Shown here: positions 38,348 through 48,576 of the stretch, piece by piece | How positions within the stretch are numbered: position 1 is the stretch's first letter | Layout: each line of letters starts with the position of its first letter | Assembly (NCBI GenBank): GCA_965207885.1 | Contig: OZ242311.1 | Coordinates: 1,184,001-1,248,000, forward strand | Origin: Candidatus Latescibacterota bacterium | Lineage (GTDB): Bacteria; Latescibacterota; UBA2968 | DNA: 64,000 nucleotides | Reading direction: 5' to 3' | Translations under genes and position numbers: made by a program | Notes under the pieces: model-generated | What the model saw: the letters and a program-made list of their open reading frames with translations, nothing else | What the model was told of the DNA's origin: nothing | Database searches by the model: none

Positions 38348-39667
38348 ATGAATTTAATCCAAAAAATCGCGCTGTGTACATTTGTCGCGCTTATCGCGTG
38401 TGGTGGAAATAAACCCATAGAACCAGAAAATGGGGATAATCCCACGGATAGCGGTCTGGATGCACACCGCTTTGATATTACGGAAAATCAGACCAGCGAT
38501 TTCGGGATGAACACGCCTGGAGGACGCGGGGGCAGGGTCATTCGGGTGACAAATCTATTGGCGAGTGGACAGGGATCACTGAATGCGGCGCTATCTGCAT
38601 CGGGCTCGCGTATTGTGGTATTCGAAGTGGGAGGGGTAATTGATCTGAACAAAACGCGGTTGAACATTCGCGAGCCATTTGTGACAGTGGCTGGACAAAC
38701 CGCACCGAGTCCGGGCATTACCATCATTCGCGGTGCAATTTTCATACAGACACACAATGTAATTTTACAGCATATTCGGGTACGCCCAGGTGATGCGGGC
38801 GAAGCAAAAAGAAGTGGATGGGAGCCAGATGGCATCTCCACAGCGGGTAGTGATGCGTACAATGTGTTGATCAATCACTGTTCTATTTCATGGGCAGTAG
38901 ATGAAAATTTGAGCGCATCTGGTCCAAATACTGAGGGACCTGATGCGACTTCTCGTCGCATCGCATTTGTCAATTGCATTATCGCCGAATGCCTGAATGA
39001 TGCATCCCACAGCAAAGGTCCGCACTCCATGGGATCGCTGATTCACGACTTCTGCCGAGAAATCGCCATCATCGGCAATTTGTATGCCCACAATGCAAAT
39101 CGCAACCCGTATTTCAAGGCATTTACAACCGGGGTGATCGTGAACAATTTGATCTACAACCCGGGGACTCGGGCGATTCAACTGAGTTTTTCAGATGCTG
39201 AATTTAGCGATACCAATCTCGTTCCGCAAAATGCGCGCGTGAGCGTGGTGGGCAACGTGATGATTCACGGTGGAAATACCCGGTCGGGATTGGCACTGGT
39301 ATCCTCAAAGGGCGATGCCTATCTCGAGGATAATATCGCGCTGGATAGAACAGGAACTAATGTGCCTTTAACCTCGGGCAATATCCGCATTTTGGAAGAG
39401 AAGCCCATCTGGGGCAACATCACTCCATTACCCGCATCAGCGGTTGTAGAACATGTAGTACAAAGCGCGGGTGCGCGTCCAAAAGACCGCGATGAAACAG
39501 ACCTGCGGATTATACGCGAGTTTCTCGAACGCAAAGGTAGGATGATCGATAGCCAGCAGGAGGCGGGTGGATATCCCCAGATAAATATGGTCAGACGACC
39601 GCTGGATATTCCCACAGATGTGGATGCGTGGTTGGCGCGACTCGCGGCAGAACTTGAGGGAAATTAA
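38348..39667 (+). CDS. PL1-type pectate lyase lipoprotein
   Basis: Lipobox LIAC; GGRGGRVIRVTNL, TVAGQTAPSPGI, HCSISWAVDE, RNP. Confidence 0.85.
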   Translation: MNLIQKIALCTFVALIACGGNKPIEPENGDNPTDSGLDAHRFDITENQTSDFGMNTPGGRGGRVIRVTNLLASGQGSLNAALSASGSRIVVFEVGGVIDLNKTRLNIREPFVTVAGQTAPSPGITIIRGAIFIQTHNVILQHIRVRPGDAGEAKRSGWEPDGISTAGSDAYNVLINHCSISWAVDENLSASGPNTEGPDATSRRIAFVNCIIAECLNDASHSKGPHSMGSLIHDFCREIAIIGNLYAHNANRNPYFKAFTTGVIVNNLIYNPGTRAIQLSFSDAEFSDTNLVPQNARVSVVGNVMIHGGNTRSGLALVSSKGDAYLEDNIALDRTGTNVPLTSGNIRILEEKPIWGNITPLPASAVVEHVVQSAGARPKDRDETDLRIIREFLERKGRMIDSQQEAGGYPQINMVRRPLDIPTDVDAWLARLAAELEGN

Positions 39668-39691
39668 TCGTTAAAAAAGAAAGGATAATTC

Positions 39692-40564
39692 ATGCAGAAA
39701 AGGACCCTTGGACGCACTGGACACAAGAGCACTATAGCGACCTTTGGCACATTCTCGGTTGGATATGTAGATCAGAACGAAGCAGACCGCGCCATACAAC
39801 TCGTCTTTGACCACGGTGTAAACCACATCGACATAGCGCCGAGCTATGGACACGCGATGGAACGCGTGGCTCCGTGGATGCCCGACATACGAGACGACGT
39901 ATTTCTCGGCTCAAAAACAAATTGTCGCACGCGCGACGAAGCGTGGCGGGACGTGGAACAAATGATGAAGCGACTAAACGTCGAAAACTTCGACCTGTTC
40001 CAACTCCATTCAGTCGGCACTATCCCCGAACTGGACAAAACCACCGCATCGGGCGGCGCACTTGAAACCCTGATAGAAATGCGCGAACAGGGTTTGACCA
40101 GATGGCTGGGCATCACCGGGCACGGCCCCCAGGTACCGAGTACCATCCTGGAAAGCCTGAGCCGCTTCGACTTCGACACCGTCATGTTCCCACTGAACCC
40201 CGCAAGCATGCGAGACGCGAATTATCGCCGGGACGCCGAAGCACTACTCGCCGAAGCAAATGCACGCGACATCGGCATCCAAACAATCAAAATGATCGCA
40301 CGCGGCGGCTGGGGTGAAAATTCAAAAGACTGCAACACCTGGTACGACCCGCACCGGGAACAAGAAGCCATTGACCGGTCCCTGTGGTGGGTCCTCTCCC
40401 AGCCGATACACACCGCTCCTACCTGTGGCGAAATCAGCTTGCTGCCCAAAGTCCTCAACGCCGCCGAGCGATTCGTCCCCCTCACCCCCGACGAACAGGC
40501 CGCCGCCATCGCCGCACAGCGACCACCCCAGCCACTTCCAGCGCTGGCGATTCCCGAAGTGTGA
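39692..40564 (+). CDS. Aldo/keto reductase
   Basis: LGRTG, IDIAPSYG, DLFQLH, LGITGH. Confidence 0.9.
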   Translation: MQKRTLGRTGHKSTIATFGTFSVGYVDQNEADRAIQLVFDHGVNHIDIAPSYGHAMERVAPWMPDIRDDVFLGSKTNCRTRDEAWRDVEQMMKRLNVENFDLFQLHSVGTIPELDKTTASGGALETLIEMREQGLTRWLGITGHGPQVPSTILESLSRFDFDTVMFPLNPASMRDANYRRDAEALLAEANARDIGIQTIKMIARGGWGENSKDCNTWYDPHREQEAIDRSLWWVLSQPIHTAPTCGEISLLPKVLNAAERFVPLTPDEQAAAIAAQRPPQPLPALAIPEV

Positions 40565-40706
40565 ACCACCCCCATAACCTCTTGCCAGACACGCAAAACT
40601 TTGGCATCATGCAAAAAAGAAAGCGTTGGACTCTGGGCTTTTTTTCTTCTATGGACCAGGCCAGATCTGACAAACAACCATCCTCAAATTGAGAAGGAGT
40701 TTATTC

Positions 40707-41129
40707 ATGCTCAAGCAAATAGTCGGTGCAATTCTCACTATTGTAGGGGTGGCGGTTGCCATCCACACCGTAGTAGAACCGCTCTATCACGCCTCCAGCG
40801 ACGGGCAGCCATACAGTCCGTTTTGGGACATCCTGAATCTGTTAATGATTCTATCAATTATACTGGGCCTGATATTCGGATACATCCGCAAGAAAGGCGT
40901 CGCTGGTGGCGACGCGATTACCCGCGAATACCTCGCCGCCAACATCCAGTTCTACGGCTTATTATTCGTCGGCATCCTGTTCTTCTGGAACTATTTCAAT
41001 CTCCACAGTGATGCATTTACCGCGATAGGAGAAGAAACCGTATCCCTCGTGTGGATACTCATCGACGCCAGCCTCCCGCTACTTTTGGGCGCAATGGGCA
41101 TATCTCTGCTACGCAGCAGCGACGAGTAA
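40707..41129 (+). CDS. Small 4-TM membrane protein of unknown function (copy 1)
   Basis: AAGGAG RBS, four hydrophobic segments; paralog of 41511-41951. Confidence 0.75.
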   Translation: MLKQIVGAILTIVGVAVAIHTVVEPLYHASSDGQPYSPFWDILNLLMILSIILGLIFGYIRKKGVAGGDAITREYLAANIQFYGLLFVGILFFWNYFNLHSDAFTAIGEETVSLVWILIDASLPLLLGAMGISLLRSSDE

Positions 41130-41130
41130 A

Positions 41131-41499
41131 GTGGCGCAACTACTATTCATAGCTGGTGGGGGTGCTCTGGGAGCCTTATTGCGCTACGGCATGTCCATGA
41201 GCATACACATCCTGTTCGGACGCGGCTTTCCCTATGGCACGCTCACGGTCAACGTCATCGGATCGATCCTCATGGGGCTCCTTTACGTATGCCTGTCTGA
41301 ATATATGGACATGCCCTGGCGCGATGGTCTGCTAATAGGCCTCCTGGGGGCATTCACCACTTTTTCGACCTTTTCCATCGAAACCCTGCACCTGCTGGAA
41401 ACGAACCACCCTGTACTCGCCTTGATGAACATCCTCTTAAGTGTCACCCTCTGCATCGCGGGGTGCTGGATCGGCATCGTAATCGGGCGAGCGCTATAA
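41131..41499 (+). CDS. crcB: Fluc/CrcB fluoride channel
   Basis: GGALGALLRY, FPYGTLTVNVIGS, GLLGAFTTFSTFS. Confidence 0.95.
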   Translation: MAQLLFIAGGGALGALLRYGMSMSIHILFGRGFPYGTLTVNVIGSILMGLLYVCLSEYMDMPWRDGLLIGLLGAFTTFSTFSIETLHLLETNHPVLALMNILLSVTLCIAGCWIGIVIGRAL

Positions 41500-41510
41500 A
41501 GGAATTTATC

Positions 41511-41951
41511 ATGCTAAAAAAAATAATTGGCGCAATTCTCGTAATTATGGCGATTTTGGTTGCTGGACAAACCATCCTCGAACCCCTCTATCACACCTCT
41601 ACCGAAGAGCAACCATACAGCCATTTTTGGAACATCCTGGGCCACTTGATGACACTAACTCTCGTCTTAAGCCTGATATTTAGCTACATCCGAAAAAAAG
41701 GCGTTAATAGCGGCGACGCGATTACCCGCGAATACCTCGCTGCCAATATCCAGTTCTACGGCCTACTATTCGTCGGCATCATGTTTCTGTGGAACTGGTT
41801 CAACAGCCTCAGCCCCGCATTCACCGCAATAGGAGCCGACACCGTAACACTCGTTTGGATACTCATCGACGCCAGCCTGCCTCTGCTTTGGGGCGCAATG
41901 GGTATATCCTTCTGCTGCCCGACTGCGGGCAAAGGATTATCTGACGACTGA
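41511..41951 (+). CDS. Small 4-TM membrane protein of unknown function (copy 2)
   Basis: Shares EPLYH, GDAITREYLAANIQFYGLLFVGI and LVWILIDASLPLL with copy 1, at an offset of 804 bp. Confidence 0.75.
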   Translation: MLKKIIGAILVIMAILVAGQTILEPLYHTSTEEQPYSHFWNILGHLMTLTLVLSLIFSYIRKKGVNSGDAITREYLAANIQFYGLLFVGIMFLWNWFNSLSPAFTAIGADTVTLVWILIDASLPLLWGAMGISFCCPTAGKGLSDD

Positions 41952-42060
41952 TTTTTCTATGCGATGAGAAAATTAAATCTAAAAGAACGCTCTGACCAAT
42001 GGCGTGTATAAACAGCACAGACAGAAGACAGTTACAAACAGTTACACAAAGGAGAATTTC

Positions 42061-43281
42061 ATGGTCAAACGCATTATCGCCATTGGCATCATCTTTTTCT
42101 GCATCGCAGTAGGCTGGATTATTCTGAGTGCCACCGTCCACATACGCACAGAGGAACAGGACGACAAGCTCAAAAGTGCTGTTGGGCAACTCTGGGGCAC
42201 GGCGCAGACCCAGCGAGCACCGCAAATCTACTGGCTGGAGCGCGTCACCCATATCGAAACTATCGACGGCGAGTCTGTCTCACGCACAGTAGATGAGAAA
42301 CACTTCCTGAACCTGAAAGCCAGTCGCATTGAAGTTGACCTGTCTCTGGAACACCGGCGCAAAGGCTTGCTGTGGTATTCCACCTATCAGGTGCAATTCG
42401 CAGCCTCTTACACCCTGATCAACCCCACCGACCAGAACCGGCACCTGTCCTTCGACCTGGAACTACCCGCCCCGCACGCAGTGTACGACGACTTCACTTT
42501 AACCGTTGACGGTCAATCCATTGCCGAACTCCCAATCCGCAACGGTCATTTAATCCAACCCATCGAACTATCACCCGGGCAGGAACTCTCCATTGACCTG
42601 TCCTATCACTCCCAGGGCCTGGACCAATGGCGATACAGTTTTGGGGACCACGTCAATCAGGTATCGGACTTTGAACTGGCGATGCATACGGACTTCGCCG
42701 CCATTGACTTTCCCCCAGATAGCATGTCTCCCACCTCAAGGACCCGCGATGGCGACGCCTGGACCCTGACGTGGAAATACAATCATCTCCTCACCGGCAT
42801 TGACCTGGGAATGATCCTCCCGGCCCGTCTCAATCCCGGACCCTGGGTCGGCAAAGTCGTTGCCGCCGCCCCCATCTCCCTCTTTCTTTTTTTCTTTTTG
42901 CTCTTTATCTTTTCCATAGTGCGCGGCCTCGACCTGCACCCGATGCACTATTTCTTCATCGGTGCTGCCTTCTTTAGTTTTCACCTGCTACTGGCTTATC
43001 TGGTTGACCACCTGATCATCCACTACGCATTTGTCCTATCTTCGGCGGTCTCCATTGTCCTCGTCATTTCGTACATGAGGCTGGTCCTGGGCACGCGCCT
43101 GGCATTTGTCGAAATCGGCCTGGGACAATTTGTCTATCTCGTACTATTTTCCTACACCTTTTTCTTCCCCGGCTATACCGGACTGGCCGTCACCCTCTTG
43201 TGCATTGCGACCCTATTCGCTGTCATGCAATTCACCGGCCGCATCGACTGGAGCACGGTATTTAATAAGGAACCCTCTTGA
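42061..43281 (+). CDS. creD: CreD-like inner membrane protein
   Basis: N-terminal TM, large periplasmic region (RRKGLLWYSTY), C-terminal TM bundle with LHPMHYFFIG...LLLAYLVDH. Confidence 0.65.
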   Translation: MVKRIIAIGIIFFCIAVGWIILSATVHIRTEEQDDKLKSAVGQLWGTAQTQRAPQIYWLERVTHIETIDGESVSRTVDEKHFLNLKASRIEVDLSLEHRRKGLLWYSTYQVQFAASYTLINPTDQNRHLSFDLELPAPHAVYDDFTLTVDGQSIAELPIRNGHLIQPIELSPGQELSIDLSYHSQGLDQWRYSFGDHVNQVSDFELAMHTDFAAIDFPPDSMSPTSRTRDGDAWTLTWKYNHLLTGIDLGMILPARLNPGPWVGKVVAAAPISLFLFFFLLFIFSIVRGLDLHPMHYFFIGAAFFSFHLLLAYLVDHLIIHYAFVLSSAVSIVLVISYMRLVLGTRLAFVEIGLGQFVYLVLFSYTFFFPGYTGLAVTLLCIATLFAVMQFTGRIDWSTVFNKEPS

Positions 43282-44717
43282 TGAGTATTTCAGTAGAGAA
43301 AATCGATCTCAATGTTTTGAACATGCACACGCGATTTCCGTTTAAATACGGAATAGCATCGCTCGTGGCATTGCCCCATTTATTTGTGCGGGCGAGGGTC
43401 AAAGTCGATGGAAAAACAGAAATTGGATTGGCTGCAGAGGGACTGCCGCCAAAGTGGTTCACCAAAAACCCAGACGCGCCATTTGAGTCCGACCTGGATG
43501 AAATGCTCACCGTTATCCAAAATGCCTGTGATATTGCCCTGCATAGCGATGCAGAAAATTCGATATTTGATCTCTGGCAGACGATTTATGCCAAACAGCG
43601 CGCGTGGGCAAAAACAACGGCCTATCCGCCGCTCCTATGGTCATTCGGCGTCAGCATGATCGAACGCGCAGTAATCGACGCCTTTTGCAGGGCAAAAGGC
43701 GTGACATTTGCACAAGCTATAACAGAAAATGCATTGGGCATTCGCCTATCTGACATCCACAGCGAATTGCACGGCAATGCCCCCGGCGACTTCTTGCCAC
43801 ACGCGGCGCGACGATCAATCACCGTGCGACACACCGTGGGCCTCGCCGATCCATTGACCGATGCAGACATTGCAGACGAAGATCGCGTAGATGATGGCCT
43901 GCCGCAGTCATTGGCTGCAAATATCGAAGCCTATCAGTTGACACACCTGAAAATTAAACTGTGCGGAGATGCAGAACAGGACCTTGCTCGCCTTCGGCAA
44001 ATCGCGGGCCTGATGCCCGATCAATGCGCCTTCACACTCGACGGCAACGAACAGTACACAGAGGTCGAACCCTTTAGAAAACTCTGGAACACCATTCAAG
44101 GCGATACTGTGCTCTCGTCTTTTATGGAAGGACTGATCTTTGTCGAACAACCGCTTCATCGCGATATGGCGCTCAGTGCAACAGTCAAAGCCGTATTGAC
44201 AGATTGGACCGACCGCCCCCCAATGATCATCGACGAATCGGACGGCGCGCTCGACAGTGCAACGCAGGCATTGGAGTGCGGCTACGTGGGCACGAGCCAC
44301 AAAAATTGTAAAGGCATTTTCAAGGGCATTGCCAATGCGTGCTTAATAGCCCATCACCAACAACGCGACCCCTCGGGAACATATATCTTAAGTAGTGAAG
44401 ACCTCGCCAATGTTGGTCCCGTGGCTTTGTTACAGGACCTCGCTGTACTCGCTGTATTGGGCGTAGATCACTCAGAGCGCAACGGACATCACTATTTTGC
44501 GGGATTGGACATGTATCCCGAAACCATCCAAAAACAAGTACTCGCGCATCACAGCACCCTTTATCGCCAACACGCGCGGGGCTTTCCTATTCTAAATGTA
44601 CGCGAAGGCGCGCTCAACGTAGAAAGCGTCGTCGAAGCACCATTTGGTTATGGATTCGAACTGGACACCCTTCAATTTACCCCCCTCGCGGACTGGACCA
44701 TAGATGAACTCGCCTGA
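43281..44717 (+). CDS. Enolase/mandelate-racemase-superfamily protein
   Basis: LKIKL, LDGNEQY, FVEQP, IIDESD, HKNCKG metal-ligand pattern. Confidence 0.75.
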   Translation: MSISVEKIDLNVLNMHTRFPFKYGIASLVALPHLFVRARVKVDGKTEIGLAAEGLPPKWFTKNPDAPFESDLDEMLTVIQNACDIALHSDAENSIFDLWQTIYAKQRAWAKTTAYPPLLWSFGVSMIERAVIDAFCRAKGVTFAQAITENALGIRLSDIHSELHGNAPGDFLPHAARRSITVRHTVGLADPLTDADIADEDRVDDGLPQSLAANIEAYQLTHLKIKLCGDAEQDLARLRQIAGLMPDQCAFTLDGNEQYTEVEPFRKLWNTIQGDTVLSSFMEGLIFVEQPLHRDMALSATVKAVLTDWTDRPPMIIDESDGALDSATQALECGYVGTSHKNCKGIFKGIANACLIAHHQQRDPSGTYILSSEDLANVGPVALLQDLAVLAVLGVDHSERNGHHYFAGLDMYPETIQKQVLAHHSTLYRQHARGFPILNVREGALNVESVVEAPFGYGFELDTLQFTPLADWTIDELA

Positions 44718-44728
44718 AAGTTAAAACA

Positions 44729-46090
44729 ATGACCATAGACTGGCACCACATCGAAAAAGAAGTAACGAATTTCTTACAGCACCTGATTCGGTGTAACACG
44801 ACCAATCCCCCCGGCAATGAAATCCTGTGTGCAAATTATATTGCCGAAGTATTGAAACGCGAAGGCATTGACCCCACGATCACAGAATCAGACCCCGGGC
44901 GCGGAAATGTCACAGCGCGCTTAAAAGGTGGAAACGCACCCGCGCTCATGCTATTGGGACATACAGATGTCGTCGCCGTAGAACCCGATAAATGGTCGCG
45001 CGACCCCTTTGGGGGAGAATTGCACAACGGCTATATCTGGGGGCGCGGCGCACTGGACATGAAAAACATGGTCGCGGCAGAACTCATGGTCTTCTTGCTC
45101 TTAAAACGGCAGGGCATAACCCTAAACCGCGACGTAATCTATGCGGCAACCGCAGATGAAGAAGCGGGCAGAGGAAACCACGGCATCGGTTGGCTCATCG
45201 ATCACCATCCCGAACAAGTCAATGCAAAATACGTATTGACGGAAGGTGGAGGCGGTGATTTTTATGTAAATGGAAAACACTTTTATACGTGCCAAACGGG
45301 ACAAAAGGGCATTTTTCGCTTTCGCCTGAAAGCAAAAGGGCGCCCAGGACACGGCTCCCGTCCACACCGCGACAATGCAGTCGTCAAACTCAGCCGCGCC
45401 ATTGCTGCTTTAGGACAGGCAAAACTTCTAATGCACCCCTCTAAAACACTGCGCGCGTTTTTAGAAGGCATAGCAGCGACACAGAACGATGAGACCGCAC
45501 AACAGTTGCGCCGCGTACTCGATGAGACAGACAGCGAGAACGCATTGCAAAAGCTGCCCCTCGCGCCAGATATGATCGCCTCACTGCGCGCCCTATTGCA
45601 CAATACAGTCTCTCCAACAATCCTCGAAGCGGGCAGCAAAATCAATGTCATCCCCGCTGAAGCAACTGCGCGGATCGATGGCCGGCTCGCGCCCGGTCAG
45701 ACCGACAAAAGCTTTGAAGCCGAAATCCGAACCTCGATTGGCGATGAAATCGACCTCATCGTAGATCAATACAGCCCACCTTTAGAAGCCAGTACAGATT
45801 CGCCCCTATATGAAACCATCGTCCATGTAATGGCAGAACGAGACCCAGACGCCACCGTAGTCCCCGCGCTAATGACCGGAGGCACAGACGCCAAGCATAT
45901 TTGCCCCCGCTGGCCCCATGTACAGGTTTACGGATTTATGCCCCACCGACAGGTGCAGGAAGAAAAAGAAATGAATCTGATACACGGTCATAACGAACGC
46001 ATCTCAGTCGAAAATCTCGTCTTTGCAACGCGCATTTTATACGATATTGTAATGCGATTTTGCCAATCCTCACCGGGAGATAACGCGTGA
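44729..46090 (+). CDS. M20-family metallopeptidase/deacylase
   Basis: GHTDVV, GRGALDMK, ADEE, GGTDA, IHGHNE. Confidence 0.92.
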   Translation: MTIDWHHIEKEVTNFLQHLIRCNTTNPPGNEILCANYIAEVLKREGIDPTITESDPGRGNVTARLKGGNAPALMLLGHTDVVAVEPDKWSRDPFGGELHNGYIWGRGALDMKNMVAAELMVFLLLKRQGITLNRDVIYAATADEEAGRGNHGIGWLIDHHPEQVNAKYVLTEGGGGDFYVNGKHFYTCQTGQKGIFRFRLKAKGRPGHGSRPHRDNAVVKLSRAIAALGQAKLLMHPSKTLRAFLEGIAATQNDETAQQLRRVLDETDSENALQKLPLAPDMIASLRALLHNTVSPTILEAGSKINVIPAEATARIDGRLAPGQTDKSFEAEIRTSIGDEIDLIVDQYSPPLEASTDSPLYETIVHVMAERDPDATVVPALMTGGTDAKHICPRWPHVQVYGFMPHRQVQEEKEMNLIHGHNERISVENLVFATRILYDIVMRFCQSSPGDNA

Positions 46091-47088
46091 AAATTCTGGT
46101 GACAGATTATGCCTGGGCAAATTTAGACGTCGAAAAAAGTGTCCTGAGTGAAATCGGTGCCGAACTCATTCCCGCACCCAATGGCGAAGAAGAAACACTT
46201 GTCCAATTGGCGCAGGGGTGCTGTGGCATCATGACCTGCTGGGCGCAAACAACGCGCGCGGTTATCGCATCTGCATTGCCCGATCTGAAAGTAATCGTGC
46301 GATACGGCGTAGGACTGGACAATATCGATGTAGCCTATGCAACCAAACAGGGCATTCCCGTAGCCAATGTACCCGATTATTGTTTTATCGACGTAGCCGA
46401 GCAAACCATGGCCCTGCTATTGGGGCTTTCGCACAAAGTCGCGCAATTTGATCGGCTCATTCGCAGCGGCACCTGGGATATCCAGGCCGGCTTGCCCCTG
46501 CGGCGTTTAACGGGACAGGTGCTCGGCTTGATCGGCTTTGGGCAAATTGCGCGCGAGGTCGTTCCCCGCGCCCGGGCTTTTGGGCTACATGTGTTGGCCT
46601 ACTCGCGGTCTCTGACACCGGAACAAGCGCGCGCCTGTGGCGTCGAATTCGCGGATCTGGACACCCTGCTTCGCACATCGGATTTCGTATCGCTTCACTG
46701 CCCATCTACCGATGAAACGCGAGACCTGATCAATGCCGATAATCTCGCAAAAATGAAGCCAACAGCGTGTTTGATCAACACTTCGCGGGGCGATATTGTC
46801 GATGAATCAGCACTACTCGAGGCATTAAAAAATAACACCATTGCGGGTGCTGCCCTCGATGTGCGATGCCAGGAACCGCCCGAAACAGGAGATCGTTTAA
46901 TCCACACAGATCGGGTAATTCACAGCCCGCACTCGGCTTTTTATTCCGAAGAATCGCTCGTTGAATTGCAAAAAAAAGCCGCCGGGGAAGCGCGACGAGT
47001 CCTGACGGGAAAAGCACCCGTGCATCTGGTCAACCCGGAATACAAAAAGCATCCGCAGATGACGCAGATGAAAGGAGTATCAGTGTGA
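46087..47088 (+). CDS. D-2-hydroxyacid dehydrogenase (CtBP-like)
   Basis: RYGVGLDNID, GLIGFGQIA, INTSRG, LDV...EP, SPHSAFYS. Confidence 0.9.
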   Translation: MKILVTDYAWANLDVEKSVLSEIGAELIPAPNGEEETLVQLAQGCCGIMTCWAQTTRAVIASALPDLKVIVRYGVGLDNIDVAYATKQGIPVANVPDYCFIDVAEQTMALLLGLSHKVAQFDRLIRSGTWDIQAGLPLRRLTGQVLGLIGFGQIAREVVPRARAFGLHVLAYSRSLTPEQARACGVEFADLDTLLRTSDFVSLHCPSTDETRDLINADNLAKMKPTACLINTSRGDIVDESALLEALKNNTIAGAALDVRCQEPPETGDRLIHTDRVIHSPHSAFYSEESLVELQKKAAGEARRVLTGKAPVHLVNPEYKKHPQMTQMKGVSV

Positions 47089-48074
47089 GCAAACCAAACG
47101 TGGGTATTGTGGTTCGGAAATCGCTCAGAGACAGAATATTGAGCGATTGGGATTTAGAAAAATTGGAAAGTTTTGCAAATGTGACAATCAACGACGAAGA
47201 CCGCGATATCGTAAATGGTGAAGCGGCTGAATTTCTGAAGGGCATGGACGGGGCGATGACGAGTTGGAACTCGGGAGATTTGTCGCCAGCAATTCTGGAA
47301 GGCGTGCCAACGCTAAAAATTTGGACTTATGGCGCCGGCACTGTAAAGGGAAAAATCTGCGACGAAGCCTGGGAAAAAGATATTGTGGTAACAAGTGCAG
47401 CGCCGGCGATAGCCGATGATGTCGCGGAACTGACCATGGGATTCATGACCATGGGATTGCGCCGGGTATTTTCCCATTCGCGCGCCATGCGAGAAGGCGA
47501 AAAAAAACCGGACAAGACCGAATCCCGCTCTCTATATCGGCGCACAATTGGCGTCATCAGCGCCAGCCAGGTTGGGCAGCGCGTAATGCGGTTGTTGCGA
47601 CCCTATCAGACGCGCATATTGCTCTACGACCCCTTTGTGACGCCAGAACGCGCAGAGGAATTTGGCGCAGAACTCGCGGACCTGGAGACAATAGCGCGCG
47701 AGGCAGAAGTGGTAACCGTTCACGCCCCCAAATTGGACGCGACATATCACCTCTGGAATGAGACGCATTTCAAACTCATGCGCGATGACTGCGTATTTAT
47801 CAACACATCGCGCGGTGCGAATATCGACGAAGCTGCGCTAATCGCAGAATTGCAAAAAGGGCGATTCTCCGCTTTCTTAGACGTAACCGATCCCGAACCG
47901 CCTGCTATGGACAGCCCACTGCGGCGTTTGCCCAACGTGGTCTTAACGCCGCATTGCGCCGGGCTACAATCCTATCGCATCGGCGCGCTGGTGGTCGAAG
48001 AATTACGCCGATTCTTTGCGAACGAAGACCAGCTGTTTCAAGTCAAACGAGAACTGCTGGATCGGCTGGCATAG
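47085..48074 (+). CDS. D-2-hydroxyacid dehydrogenase-family protein
   Basis: [22 protein letters not shown]. Confidence 0.9.
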   Translation: MSKPNVGIVVRKSLRDRILSDWDLEKLESFANVTINDEDRDIVNGEAAEFLKGMDGAMTSWNSGDLSPAILEGVPTLKIWTYGAGTVKGKICDEAWEKDIVVTSAAPAIADDVAELTMGFMTMGLRRVFSHSRAMREGEKKPDKTESRSLYRRTIGVISASQVGQRVMRLLRPYQTRILLYDPFVTPERAEEFGAELADLETIAREAEVVTVHAPKLDATYHLWNETHFKLMRDDCVFINTSRGANIDEAALIAELQKGRFSAFLDVTDPEPPAMDSPLRRLPNVVLTPHCAGLQSYRIGALVVEELRRFFANEDQLFQVKRELLDRLA

Positions 48075-48084
48075 GAAGGATATA

Positions 48085-48573
48085 ATGCAAAAACGCGTAG
48101 ATTATTTATCGTGGGATGAGTACTTTATGGGTGTGGCCTTACTATCGGCACACCGAAGCAAAGACCCCAATACACAAGTAGGCGCGTGTATTATCAACGA
48201 AAAAAAGAAAATCGTGGGCATTGGATACAACGGATTGCCCATTGGGTGTTCAGACGATGAGTTTCCCTGGAGCAGAGAAGGTGATTTTCTCGACACAAAA
48301 TATCCCTATATCTGCCATGCAGAATTAAATGCAATTTTGAACAAAATCAGCGCAGACTTGCATGAATGCACGCTTTACGTCACCTTATTTCCGTGCAATG
48401 AATGTGCAAAAGTAATTATTCAGTCGGGCATTCGCGAAGTAATCTATCTGGCGAATAAATATCCAAAATCCGATTCCGTAAAAGCCACCTACCGCATGTT
48501 TAACAGTGCGGGTATTCGCTATCGCGCGCTGGAGGAATACCGAGCGCGCGTTGTCCTTGATTTCAGGGTCTGA
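48085..48573 (+). CDS. dCMP deaminase
   Basis: [32 protein letters not shown]. Confidence 0.93.
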   Translation: MQKRVDYLSWDEYFMGVALLSAHRSKDPNTQVGACIINEKKKIVGIGYNGLPIGCSDDEFPWSREGDFLDTKYPYICHAELNAILNKISADLHECTLYVTLFPCNECAKVIIQSGIREVIYLANKYPKSDSVKATYRMFNSAGIRYRALEEYRARVVLDFRV

Positions 48574-48576
48574 GTC

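Noticed and set aside
40565-40706. Fluoride riboswitch upstream of the crcB cluster
   Set aside because: No GGxGATGG...CC / CTGATG consensus is visible.
41975-42012. ECF sigma promoter before the creD-like gene
   Set aside because: AAC-to-CGT spacing is 14 nt, shorter than the usual 16-17.
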